Shown here piece after piece: positions 26,625 through 34,280 of a stretch of DNA of 39,030 nucleotides. Every line of letters starts with the position of its first letter. The stretch's first letter is position 1. A program made the position numbers and the translations under genes. Source of the DNA: Sandaracinaceae bacterium (GTDB taxonomy: Bacteria; Myxococcota_A; Polyangia; Polyangiales; Sandaracinaceae); the NCBI GenBank assembly GCA_044220955.1, contig JBGAQA010000046.1, forward strand, positions 9,872 to 48,901, in the 5' to 3' direction. Under the pieces are notes generated by a model. That model was not told the DNA's origin, did no database searches, and saw only the letters and a program-made list of their open reading frames with translations.

Positions 26625-27878
26625 GTGAGCACGCCCGTCGTGCTGACGCCCTTCGCGCTCGGCCCGCTGCGCCTGCGCAACCGCGTCGTGAAGACCGCGA
26701 CCTACGAGGGCATGGTCGCCCTCGGACTGCCGGCCGAGACGCTCGTGCGCCACCACCGCGAGCTCGCCGCGGGCGGCGTGGGGCTCACGACGGTCGCGTA
26801 CTGCGCCGTCTCCGAGCACGGGCGCACGTTCGACGCGCAGCTCGTGATGAGCGCGCGGGCCGTCGCGCCGTTCCGTGCCCTCGCCGACGCCGTCCACGCC
26901 GAGGGGGGCGCCGTCAGCCTCCAGCTCGGGCACGCGGGCGGCTTCACCAAGGACACCGCGCGCAAGCGCGTGGGCGGGCCGCGCGGGCCCTCGACGGCTC
27001 TCAACGCGTACGGCTCGATGAAGGGCATGCCGCTCGTTCGCCCCATGAGCGAGGACGACATGGCGCGCACGGTGCGCGGCTTCGCGGACGCGGCCGCGCT
27101 CGCGCGAGACGCGGGGCTCGACGCCGTCGAGCTCCACCTCGGGCACGGCTACCTGCTGAGCCAGTTCCTCAGCCCCTTCCTCAACCGCCGGCGGGACGCG
27201 TACGGCGGGACGCTCGAGAACCGGCTGCGCCTGCCGCTCCGGGTGCTCGACGCCGTGCGCGCCCGGCTCGGCAGCGCGTTCCCGGTCCTGTGCAAGATGA
27301 ACCTCGACGACGGCGTTCCAGGTGGACTGCACGTCGAGGAATCCGCTCGCGTCGCGCAGGCGCTGGAGGGGGCGGGCGCGAGCGCGCTCGTGCTCTCCGG
27401 GGGCCTCGTGAGCCACTCCGCCTTCTACCTGCTCCGCGGAGAGCGCCCGCTGCGCTCGATGATCGAGGTCGAGCCGGACCGCGCGATGAAGCTCGCGCTG
27501 CGCGTCTTCGGCCCGACGCTCGTGAAGTGCATCGCGTTCGAGCCGCTCTTCTTCCTCGACCAAGCCCGGCAGGTACGGGCCGCCGTGAAGCTCCCGCTCG
27601 TGTACCTCGGCGGCGTCACGTCGCTCGAGGCGGCCGAGACGGCGATGGCCGCGGGCTTCGAGCTCGTCGCCATGGGCCGCGCTCTTCTCTCGGACCCCGA
27701 TCTCGTGCGGCGCTGGTCCGAGGGACGGGGCACGGCGACGCGGTGTACGCCGTGCAACGAGTGCATCGCCGAGATGGATCGCGAAGGCGGCGTGCTCTGC
27801 GCGAAGGACGAGAGCCAGCTCGCGCGGCGCGCGCGCGAGGTGGCGCTCGGCATGCACCTCCGCGTCGCGGGCGCGTGA
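26625..27878 (+). CDS. NADH:flavin oxidoreductase (Old Yellow Enzyme family)
   Basis: LRNRVVKTATYEG, QLGHAG, DAVELHLGHGYLLSQFLSP..N.R.D.YGG..ENR, GRALLSDP, CTPCNEC. Confidence 0.93.
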   Translation: MSTPVVLTPFALGPLRLRNRVVKTATYEGMVALGLPAETLVRHHRELAAGGVGLTTVAYCAVSEHGRTFDAQLVMSARAVAPFRALADAVHAEGGAVSLQLGHAGGFTKDTARKRVGGPRGPSTALNAYGSMKGMPLVRPMSEDDMARTVRGFADAAALARDAGLDAVELHLGHGYLLSQFLSPFLNRRRDAYGGTLENRLRLPLRVLDAVRARLGSAFPVLCKMNLDDGVPGGLHVEESARVAQALEGAGASALVLSGGLVSHSAFYLLRGERPLRSMIEVEPDRAMKLALRVFGPTLVKCIAFEPLFFLDQARQVRAAVKLPLVYLGGVTSLEAAETAMAAGFELVAMGRALLSDPDLVRRWSEGRGTATRCTPCNECIAEMDREGGVLCAKDESQLARRAREVALGMHLRVAGA

Positions 27879-27879
27879 G

Positions 27880-28626
27880 TCAGGAGAGGAGGCGCTCGAA
27901 CGTCACCGTGCGCAGCGCGTGGCGCATCACCAGCGCCGCAGCCACCCCGTAGACGACGGCGATGCAGAGCGGCCGTACGACGCCGCCGGGCAAGAGAGCG
28001 CTCCCGACGAGCGTCACGATGATCGTCGGCGCGAGCATGGCCCCGCCGATGTTGTTCGCCGTGCGGAAGTCCTTGGCGAGCAAGGACATCAGGAGCGCGA
28101 TGCTCGTCGAGAGCGCGAGCCCCGCGACGAGGAGCACGGGCAGGCCCGCCACCTGCTCGATCGACGCCGCGCCGATCGCCGGTAGCACGAGCACGTCGAG
28201 CAGCAGGAGCGGCACGCTCATCAGGGACGCGGCGGCGAGCGTCGCGAGGAGCTTGGCCACCATCACCTGCTCGATGCGGACCGGCAGCGCCACCAGCAGC
28301 TCCAGCGTGCGGCGCTCGCGCTCGCTGATCAGCAGGTACGACGCCATCATCGTCGGGAGCACCATCCCCACGACGGCCACGAAGAGCGGCAGCATCGCGC
28401 CCGCGAGGTGCCGGGGCTCCTGGGTCATGTCGCCGAGCAGGCCGAACTGCATGCTGGGCGGCGGTGGGCGGCCGTGCGGCGGCGTGCGCGACGCGGTCGC
28501 GAGCAGCGAGGGGATGAGCCCGAGCATGAAGATCGGCAGGAACGCTCCGGTCGCGATCGCGGCCTTCGAGGCGACGAGCTGGCGCCACTCCTTCGCGAAG
28601 AGGACGCGGACTTCGTGGTCGATCAC
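27880..28626 (-). CDS. ABC-2 type transporter permease
   Basis: LFAKEWRQL, SERERRTLELLVALPV, AKLLA, about 6 TM helices; GTG 28626 overlaps the upstream TGA. Confidence 0.88.
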   Translation of the reverse strand: MIDHEVRVLFAKEWRQLVASKAAIATGAFLPIFMLGLIPSLLATASRTPPHGRPPPPSMQFGLLGDMTQEPRHLAGAMLPLFVAVVGMVLPTMMASYLLISERERRTLELLVALPVRIEQVMVAKLLATLAAASLMSVPLLLLDVLVLPAIGAASIEQVAGLPVLLVAGLALSTSIALLMSLLAKDFRTANNIGGAMLAPTIIVTLVGSALLPGGVVRPLCIAVVYGVAAALVMRHALRTVTFERLLS

Positions 28627-30371
28627 GGCGGCGCCCCCGCCGCGCTCGGGCTCGCGCTCTCGGCGGGCGGAACGCTCGGGGTGACGCCGCCCGTCTCGAC
28701 GACGCGGAAGAAGAGATCCTCGAGCGAGGGCTTCACGATGCGGCACTCGAAAACGTCGAGCCCGGCCGCGAGCAGCTCGCGCAGGAGCCCCGGGGCCCGC
28801 GCCTCGGCGTCGAACATCGCAACCCGAACGTCGCCCTCCTCGAGCTCCGGCGCGTGGCCGCGCGCCTTCAGCGCCTCGACGAGCCCCGCGGCGCCGCCGC
28901 GGGCGCGCAGCGCGATCCGGCTCTGGACCTTGCCGCGGAGCTCCTCGAGGCTGGCATGAACGACGACCTCTCCGGCCCTCAGGATGATGACCGAGTCGCA
29001 GAGCTCCTCGGCCTCGGCGAGGTTGTGCGTGCACAGGAGCGTGGTCCGGGAGGCGCTCGCCTCGCGCACCGCCTCGATCATCTGCCGCGACGCCACCGGA
29101 TCGAGCCCCGCGGAGGGCTCGTCGAGCACGAGCACGTCGGGATGCGGCAAGAGCGCCGCCGCGAGCACGAGCCGACGCTGCATGCCGCCCGAGAGCTCGC
29201 TCGTGGGCCGGTCGAGCACCTCCTCGAGGCCGAGACGCCGCGCCGCGTCGAGCGCCGTGTCGCCTCGCCCGTAGAGGTCGCGCACGAGCGAGAGGTAGCC
29301 ACGGACGTCGAGGTGCTCGTACATCCCCGGCTGCTGCGGGACGATCCCGACGCGGCGCTTCTTCTCGAGGAACGTGGGGTCGTCGCTGGCGTCTCCGAGC
29401 ACGAAGACGAACCCGCGCGTCGGCGCGATCGCGCCCGTGATCATCCGGATCGTCGTCGTCTTCCCCGCGCCGTTGGGACCGAGCAGGCACGCGCGCTCGC
29501 CCTCGCGGAGCGTGAACGAGACGCCGCGGAGCGCACGGACCTCGCCGTACTCCTTCTCCGCGCGCACGACCTCGATGGGTGCGCCGCTCGAAGCGGGGCG
29601 CGCCTCTCGCGCAGAGACCGCGAGCTTCGGGAGCGCGCGATAGGTCAGCGCCATCGTGAGCAGGCTGACGGGCAGGGTCGACAAGACGAAGAGCTCGGTC
29701 ACGCCGATGCCGAACGGGCGCAGCGGCACGAGCATGCCGTCGCTCACGGCGTGCATGGCGATGGCGAGCACGAGCCAGCGCTCGCGGCGCTCGACGACGG
29801 CGCGCATCACGAGCGTGCTCGCCGCGACGTGGAACGGGATCGTGCAGAGCCGCTCCATCGTCCCGAGGAGCGCGCCCGTCACGCCGTCTCGATGGTACGC
29901 GTCGATGCCCGCGCGGATGGGCTCGAGCTGCGCCGCGTCGACACCGAGGTTCTCGATGCCGACCCGGTCGATCACCAGCACCTGCAGGAGCGCGTAGCCG
30001 GCGAGCAGCCCGACGAACGCCGACTCGATGCCGCCGTGGCCGGCGCCGTACGCGAGCGCGTGCACTCCCGTTCGCTCCCTCGTGAGCACCCAGCGCATGG
30101 CCACGAAGCGCGCCCCCTCCTCGAAGAGGCCGGCCGCCAGACCGTAGTAGGCGCCTGCGGCCGGGACGAACGCGGGCGAGTGCGGGTCCGGGAGCAGCGA
30201 CTGCGTGTAGGCGAGGAAGGGCAGGTGCCCGACCTGCGAGACGACGAAGGCGAGCGCGCCGACGACCACGGCGCGCAGGCCGATGCCCCAGCGACGACGC
30301 AGGGCGCGCACGAGGGCGATCGGAGCGCCGATCGTCACGACCACCTGCAAGAACGTCGCGAGCTCGGCCAT
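28623..30371 (-). CDS. Fusion: YhfC/PrsW-type intramembrane glutamic protease + ABC ATP-binding domain
   Basis: N-half: GALAFVVSQ, GLAAGLFEEGAR, YGAGHGGIES, MERL..IPFH, AIAMHAVSD. C-half: GPNGAGKTT, LSGGMQRR, VLVLDEPSAGLDP, LCTHN. One uninterrupted frame from ATG 30371. Confidence 0.88.
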   Translation of the reverse strand: MAELATFLQVVVTIGAPIALVRALRRRWGIGLRAVVVGALAFVVSQVGHLPFLAYTQSLLPDPHSPAFVPAAGAYYGLAAGLFEEGARFVAMRWVLTRERTGVHALAYGAGHGGIESAFVGLLAGYALLQVLVIDRVGIENLGVDAAQLEPIRAGIDAYHRDGVTGALLGTMERLCTIPFHVAASTLVMRAVVERRERWLVLAIAMHAVSDGMLVPLRPFGIGVTELFVLSTLPVSLLTMALTYRALPKLAVSAREARPASSGAPIEVVRAEKEYGEVRALRGVSFTLREGERACLLGPNGAGKTTTIRMITGAIAPTRGFVFVLGDASDDPTFLEKKRRVGIVPQQPGMYEHLDVRGYLSLVRDLYGRGDTALDAARRLGLEEVLDRPTSELSGGMQRRLVLAAALLPHPDVLVLDEPSAGLDPVASRQMIEAVREASASRTTLLCTHNLAEAEELCDSVIILRAGEVVVHASLEELRGKVQSRIALRARGGAAGLVEALKARGHAPELEEGDVRVAMFDAEARAPGLLRELLAAGLDVFECRIVKPSLEDLFFRVVETGGVTPSVPPAESASPSAAGAPP

Positions 30372-30475
30372 GTGTCGCGCCCCCGAGCCGACTCTACGCG
30401 ATCGCAACCATCCTATGGCGCCGCTCGTGCGATAGATCGACGTACCCGGCCGCACGTCCGAACCCGTCTGCCTCC

Positions 30476-31756
30476 ATGCGCCTGACCGCCACGCTCGTGC
30501 TCTTGGCTTCCCTCGCGCTCCCCGCGACGGCGCGCGCGCAGCCGGGGCCCCCTCCGGACGGTCTCTACGAGGACTTCCCGTCGATGTTCCTCGCGCCGGG
30601 AGCCCCGCTGACCGCGCCCAGCACGCTGCTCCCGCGCTGGGTCGACGTTCGCACCCGCGGGCGCGTGACGACCGTCACGTTCGAGCCGGACGAGCGCGTC
30701 GTGTGGCGCATCACCTGGGGCCCGCACGGACCGACGCGCAAGACGACGCTCGTCGACGGCGCGGTGTGGACGCGCTCGCGCTTCGCGTACGACGCCGCGG
30801 GCCACCTCGCGACCAAGGAGGTGAGCGGGCCGGGCGCCGCCGGCGGCCTCACGTTCACCTACACGACCGACCCGACGACGGGCGAGGTACGGACGCGCAG
30901 CGCGACGCTTCCGGCCACGTACCCGTCGAGCAGCACGACGGTCGCGGAGCGCGTGGAGGTCACTCGCAGCCCCGCCGGAGTCACCGTGACCGTGACCCGC
31001 GACGGGCACACCGCGCGCCGGGATCGCTACGATCCGGACCTGCGCCTGCTCGAGTCGCGCTTCTTCGACGTCCGCGGGACCGAGACCGCGCGGCTGACCT
31101 ACGCGCGCGACGCGAGCGGCAGCCTGCGACGAATCCGGCGCCGCATCGGTCACCACGGCCACGCCGTCGACCCGACCCACCCGGACCCGACGGTGACGTC
31201 GAGCGACGTGCAGGCGCTGGCGTTCTGCCCCGTCGAGCACCACGAGGCGCTGCTCCTCCTGGGCGCGCCGACGACCGCCACCGACGAGGGCCGCGGTGCG
31301 CGCAGGGAGATCCACACCGACTTCGCCCCCGACACCTGCTGGATGAACGCGACCTCGGGTCTCGACTTCGACGCGACCGGGCTGCTCGTCCAGCGCACGG
31401 TCGGATGCATCTGCGGCTTCTGCGTCGCGGCCGCCGCGATCGACCCGGACGACGCGGCGAGCGCGCTCGGGGTCGCTCGGCACTGGACGCACGGGCCCTG
31501 GGTGCGCATCGACGGCACCGTCGAGGTGACGATCGAGCACGCGCTCGTGACCCCGTCGGGCCCGCGGGCGGCCGGAACGCTCGCCCCCGGAGACGTCGTG
31601 CTCGCCGCGGACGGGACACCCCACGTCGTCGTCTCGGTCGAGCTGCTTCCCGACGACGGAGCGCGGCTCGGCGTGAACCTCACGACCGAGGACGGGACTT
31701 TCGCCGCCGGCGGCCTGCTCTTCGTGTCCGAGACCGCGCGCGCCTGCGAGCCCTGA
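30476..31756 (+). CDS. Secreted protein with YD-like repeats and C-terminal Hint-like domain
   Basis: Signal peptide ending ARA-Q. YD-like strands FAYDAAGHL, RYDPDLRL, LTYARDASGSL. C-terminal C-VAA...VEVTIEH...G..AAGTLAPGDVV...VVSVE...NL..EDGTFAAGGLL. Confidence 0.72.
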   Translation: MRLTATLVLLASLALPATARAQPGPPPDGLYEDFPSMFLAPGAPLTAPSTLLPRWVDVRTRGRVTTVTFEPDERVVWRITWGPHGPTRKTTLVDGAVWTRSRFAYDAAGHLATKEVSGPGAAGGLTFTYTTDPTTGEVRTRSATLPATYPSSSTTVAERVEVTRSPAGVTVTVTRDGHTARRDRYDPDLRLLESRFFDVRGTETARLTYARDASGSLRRIRRRIGHHGHAVDPTHPDPTVTSSDVQALAFCPVEHHEALLLLGAPTTATDEGRGARREIHTDFAPDTCWMNATSGLDFDATGLLVQRTVGCICGFCVAAAAIDPDDAASALGVARHWTHGPWVRIDGTVEVTIEHALVTPSGPRAAGTLAPGDVVLAADGTPHVVVSVELLPDDGARLGVNLTTEDGTFAAGGLLFVSETARACEP

Positions 31757-31770
31757 TCGCGGCGAGACGA

Positions 31771-31800
31771 TTGCGCCGGGCATCGGAGGCCTGGTAACAC
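31771..31800 (+). promoter_or_regulatory. Putative sigma70-type promoter for the GNAT gene
   Basis: TTGCGC (31771-76), 18 nt, then TAACAC (31795-800) preceded by TGG; 9 nt upstream of the ATG. Confidence 0.35.
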
Positions 31801-31809
31801 CGCGTCTCC

Positions 31810-32643
31810 ATGGCCGGGGGCAAGCGCAGCTCGAAGTCCAAGTCGCTCGACGAGATCGCGCAGAAGCTGCTGGCGCCCGATCCACCCGCCAGCGGCGCGA
31901 GCGCCGCCCCGCTCGCCGCGCGGAGCAAGCGCGGGAAGAAGCCCGCCCCCACCCGTCCGCCCCTCGGGCGCGCGGAGGGCAAGCTCAAGCGCGTCGGCGA
32001 GGACGGCGAGAGCGGCCAGCCCGAGACGCACATCACCGTGCGCCGGATGCATCGGCGCGACATCCAGCGCGTGTGGGACTTCCTCAAGCTCTCGTTCCGC
32101 GACGTGAACCGCGAGACGGTCGAGTACCAGCGCCCGCGCAGCAAGCAGCGCTTCGAGGAGTCCTGGGACGACGAGGGGATCGAGCAGCTGCTCTTCGAGG
32201 TCGACGGCGAGATCGTCGGCTACGCGGAGTGCGCGTTCGAGGTCACCGGCTCGGACAACTGGGTGAACCCGCGCTACTTCGAGAGCCGCGACATGAGGCC
32301 CCTCTTCGTCGAGGAGCTCGCGACGCACCCCGCCTACCAGGGCCGCGGCGTCGGCTCGTTCATGCTCGAGCAGCTGCAGCACCTCGCGCGCATCCACGGG
32401 TGCACGCACCTCGTGCTCGAGGTCGCCGAGAACAACGAGGACGCGCTCAAGTTCTACAGCCGGCGCAACTTCGTGAAGCTGGACGCGGCCGTGTTCATGG
32501 CGATGGCGGTCGAGCGCGAGCCCGATCTCTTGCCGCCGCGCGTGCTGAAGACGGGGACGCCGAGGAAGAAGCGGCGCGGCCGGCGGGCGACACCCTCGCC
32601 GGCGGCGGCCCCCGGCGAGGGCGACGACTCCGCGGGAAGTTGA
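31810..32643 (+). CDS. GNAT family N-acetyltransferase with basic disordered tails
   Basis: EVDGEIVGY, FVEELATHPAYQGRGVGS, LVLEVAENNEDALKFYSRRNF. Confidence 0.9.
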   Translation: MAGGKRSSKSKSLDEIAQKLLAPDPPASGASAAPLAARSKRGKKPAPTRPPLGRAEGKLKRVGEDGESGQPETHITVRRMHRRDIQRVWDFLKLSFRDVNRETVEYQRPRSKQRFEESWDDEGIEQLLFEVDGEIVGYAECAFEVTGSDNWVNPRYFESRDMRPLFVEELATHPAYQGRGVGSFMLEQLQHLARIHGCTHLVLEVAENNEDALKFYSRRNFVKLDAAVFMAMAVEREPDLLPPRVLKTGTPRKKRRGRRATPSPAAAPGEGDDSAGS

Positions 32644-32680
32644 CCCGCCCTCGGGCGCGTTGCAGCGTCGGGGCTCGCCC

Positions 32681-33721
32681 ATGAGCGACGACGCCACGCC
32701 CGCCGCCGATCTGCCCGCGCCGAAGAAGCGCGGGACGCGCGCGTATGCGCTGCTCGGGGCCAAGGTCGCGGTGACACTGCTGCTGCTGGCCTTGCTCGGG
32801 CGCTCGATCGCGACGCGCGAGGGGATGGACGAGCTGCTCGCGCGCGCCGAGGACGTCGCGCTCGCGCCGATGCTCGCCGCCGTCGCGCTGCACTTCGTCG
32901 CGGCGCTCGCGGGCGTGCTCCGCTGGCGCATCCTGCTCGCGGGACGCGGGATCCGCCTCCCGATGCGCGTGCTCGTGCGCTCGTTCCTCGTCGGGCGCTT
33001 CCTCGGCGCCTTCACCCCGTCGACGACGGGCCTCGACGGCTACCGGCTCTACGACGTGGCGCGGCGCACGGGCGACACGGCCGGATCGACCGCGACGATC
33101 GCGGTGGAGAAGCTGGTGGGCCTCGTCGGGATGGCGACGGTGTGCCTGACGCTGCTCCCCTTCGGCCTCGCCGAGCGCCTCGGCGTGCTCGCGGTGCTGA
33201 TGGCGCTCGCGATGGCGTCGGTCGCGGGCGTGGGGCTCTTCGTCATGGCGTCGCCGGCTCGTGCGCGCGCGCTCGTCCGCTTCGCGCCCGCGCCGCTGCG
33301 AGGGCGCGTCGACGCGATCGTGAGCGCGGTCCTCGGCGCAGGCCTCTCTGGCGCGACGCTCGGGCCTGCCGTGCTCCTCGGGATCGTGTCGCACCTGGCG
33401 CTCTCGGCGACGTTCGCGGCGAGCGGGCTCGCCTTCGGCGTCGGCGCGCCGCTCGGGACCATGCTCGCGGTCGGCAACGCGATCGTCATCGCGGTGCTCC
33501 TGCCCGTCTCGATCGGCGGTGTGGGCGTCCGCGAGGGCGTCGCGGTGGCGCTGCTCGCCGGCGCGGGGATCGAGACCAGCCAGGCCGTCCTGCTCGCGCT
33601 CGGCAGCTGGCTCGCCGGCCAGGTCCCTGCCCTGCTCGGAGGGCTGGCCCTGCTCGCGCCGGACGGCGCCGCGGAAAAAAAAACGCCGCAGACCCTGCGC
33701 GCTGACGTCACTGCCGCGTGA
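32681..33721 (+). CDS. Lysylphosphatidylglycerol-synthase TM domain / UPF0104 flippase-like protein
   Basis: LRWRILL, GRFLGAFTPSTTGLDGYRLY, VEKLVG, LPVSIGGVGVREG; multiple TM helices. Confidence 0.88.
   Translation: MSDDATPAADLPAPKKRGTRAYALLGAKVAVTLLLLALLGRSIATREGMDELLARAEDVALAPMLAAVALHFVAALAGVLRWRILLAGRGIRLPMRVLVRSFLVGRFLGAFTPSTTGLDGYRLYDVARRTGDTAGSTATIAVEKLVGLVGMATVCLTLLPFGLAERLGVLAVLMALAMASVAGVGLFVMASPARARALVRFAPAPLRGRVDAIVSAVLGAGLSGATLGPAVLLGIVSHLALSATFAASGLAFGVGAPLGTMLAVGNAIVIAVLLPVSIGGVGVREGVAVALLAGAGIETSQAVLLALGSWLAGQVPALLGGLALLAPDGAAEKKTPQTLRADVTAA
33675..33701 (-). terminator. Putative intrinsic terminator of the 33708-34127 gene, embedded in the convergent gene
   Basis: The minus strand reads cgc-gcag-ggt-ctgc-g-gcg followed by T9, 6 nt after the stop codon. 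Confidence 0.5.
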
Positions 33722-34127
33722 GCGACACCCCCTCGACGGTCATCACCCACGCGCCGGTCCCCGGCTGCTGGTGGGGCGGGTCGGCGACCACGAGCGTGAC
33801 CTCGGTGACCAGCACGCCCACGCGGATGTCCTGGCCCGAGATCCCGGCGAACGTCCCGTTGTAGGAGACGTGGCCCGTGCCCGACTGCTGCTCCCAGCGC
33901 ACCGAGGCGGAGTCCACGGTCAGGGTCGTGGGCCCCGCGCCCGACCAGGTGCCGTAGTAGAGGGTCTGCTCGACCCGGGCCGGCTCGCGCGGGCGCGGCT
34001 GTATCTCCTCCGCGCAGAACATCCCACCTGCACCGCAGACGATGCACCCCAGGAGCGCCATCGCGGCGAGGACGCCGAGCACGATGAAGAGGATTCGCCG
34101 ACCACCCTGCCCCTGCTCGTCCGCCAT
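33708..34127 (-). CDS. Hypothetical single-TM protein, probably leaderless
   Basis: TM helix ILFIVLGVLAAMALLGCIVCGAGG then a small beta domain; TAGAAT lies 6 nt before the ATG. Confidence 0.7.
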   Translation of the reverse strand: MADEQGQGGRRILFIVLGVLAAMALLGCIVCGAGGMFCAEEIQPRPREPARVEQTLYYGTWSGAGPTTLTVDSASVRWEQQSGTGHVSYNGTFAGISGQDIRVGVLVTEVTLVVADPPHQQPGTGAWVMTVEGVSLTRQ

Positions 34128-34280
34128 GGCGCGATTCTACGCAGCGCGCGGCTGCATGCGAGCGTCGCGTGGTGCCAAGCTCCGGCCGTCCCCTCGAATC
34201 CATCTAACCATTGACAACGCTCGGACAGACGGGAATCGTTGTCCTTCGGGGAATGGGACGTAGTTCGCAGAGGAGCACGA

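Noticed and set aside
31421..31756. True intein
   Set aside because: No terminal His-Asn followed by Cys/Ser/Thr and no substantial C-extein or homing endonuclease.
34211..34240. Perfect TTGACA upstream of the kinase gene
   Set aside because: The hexamer at correct spacing (AATCGT) is a poor -10, so the promoter is not supportable.
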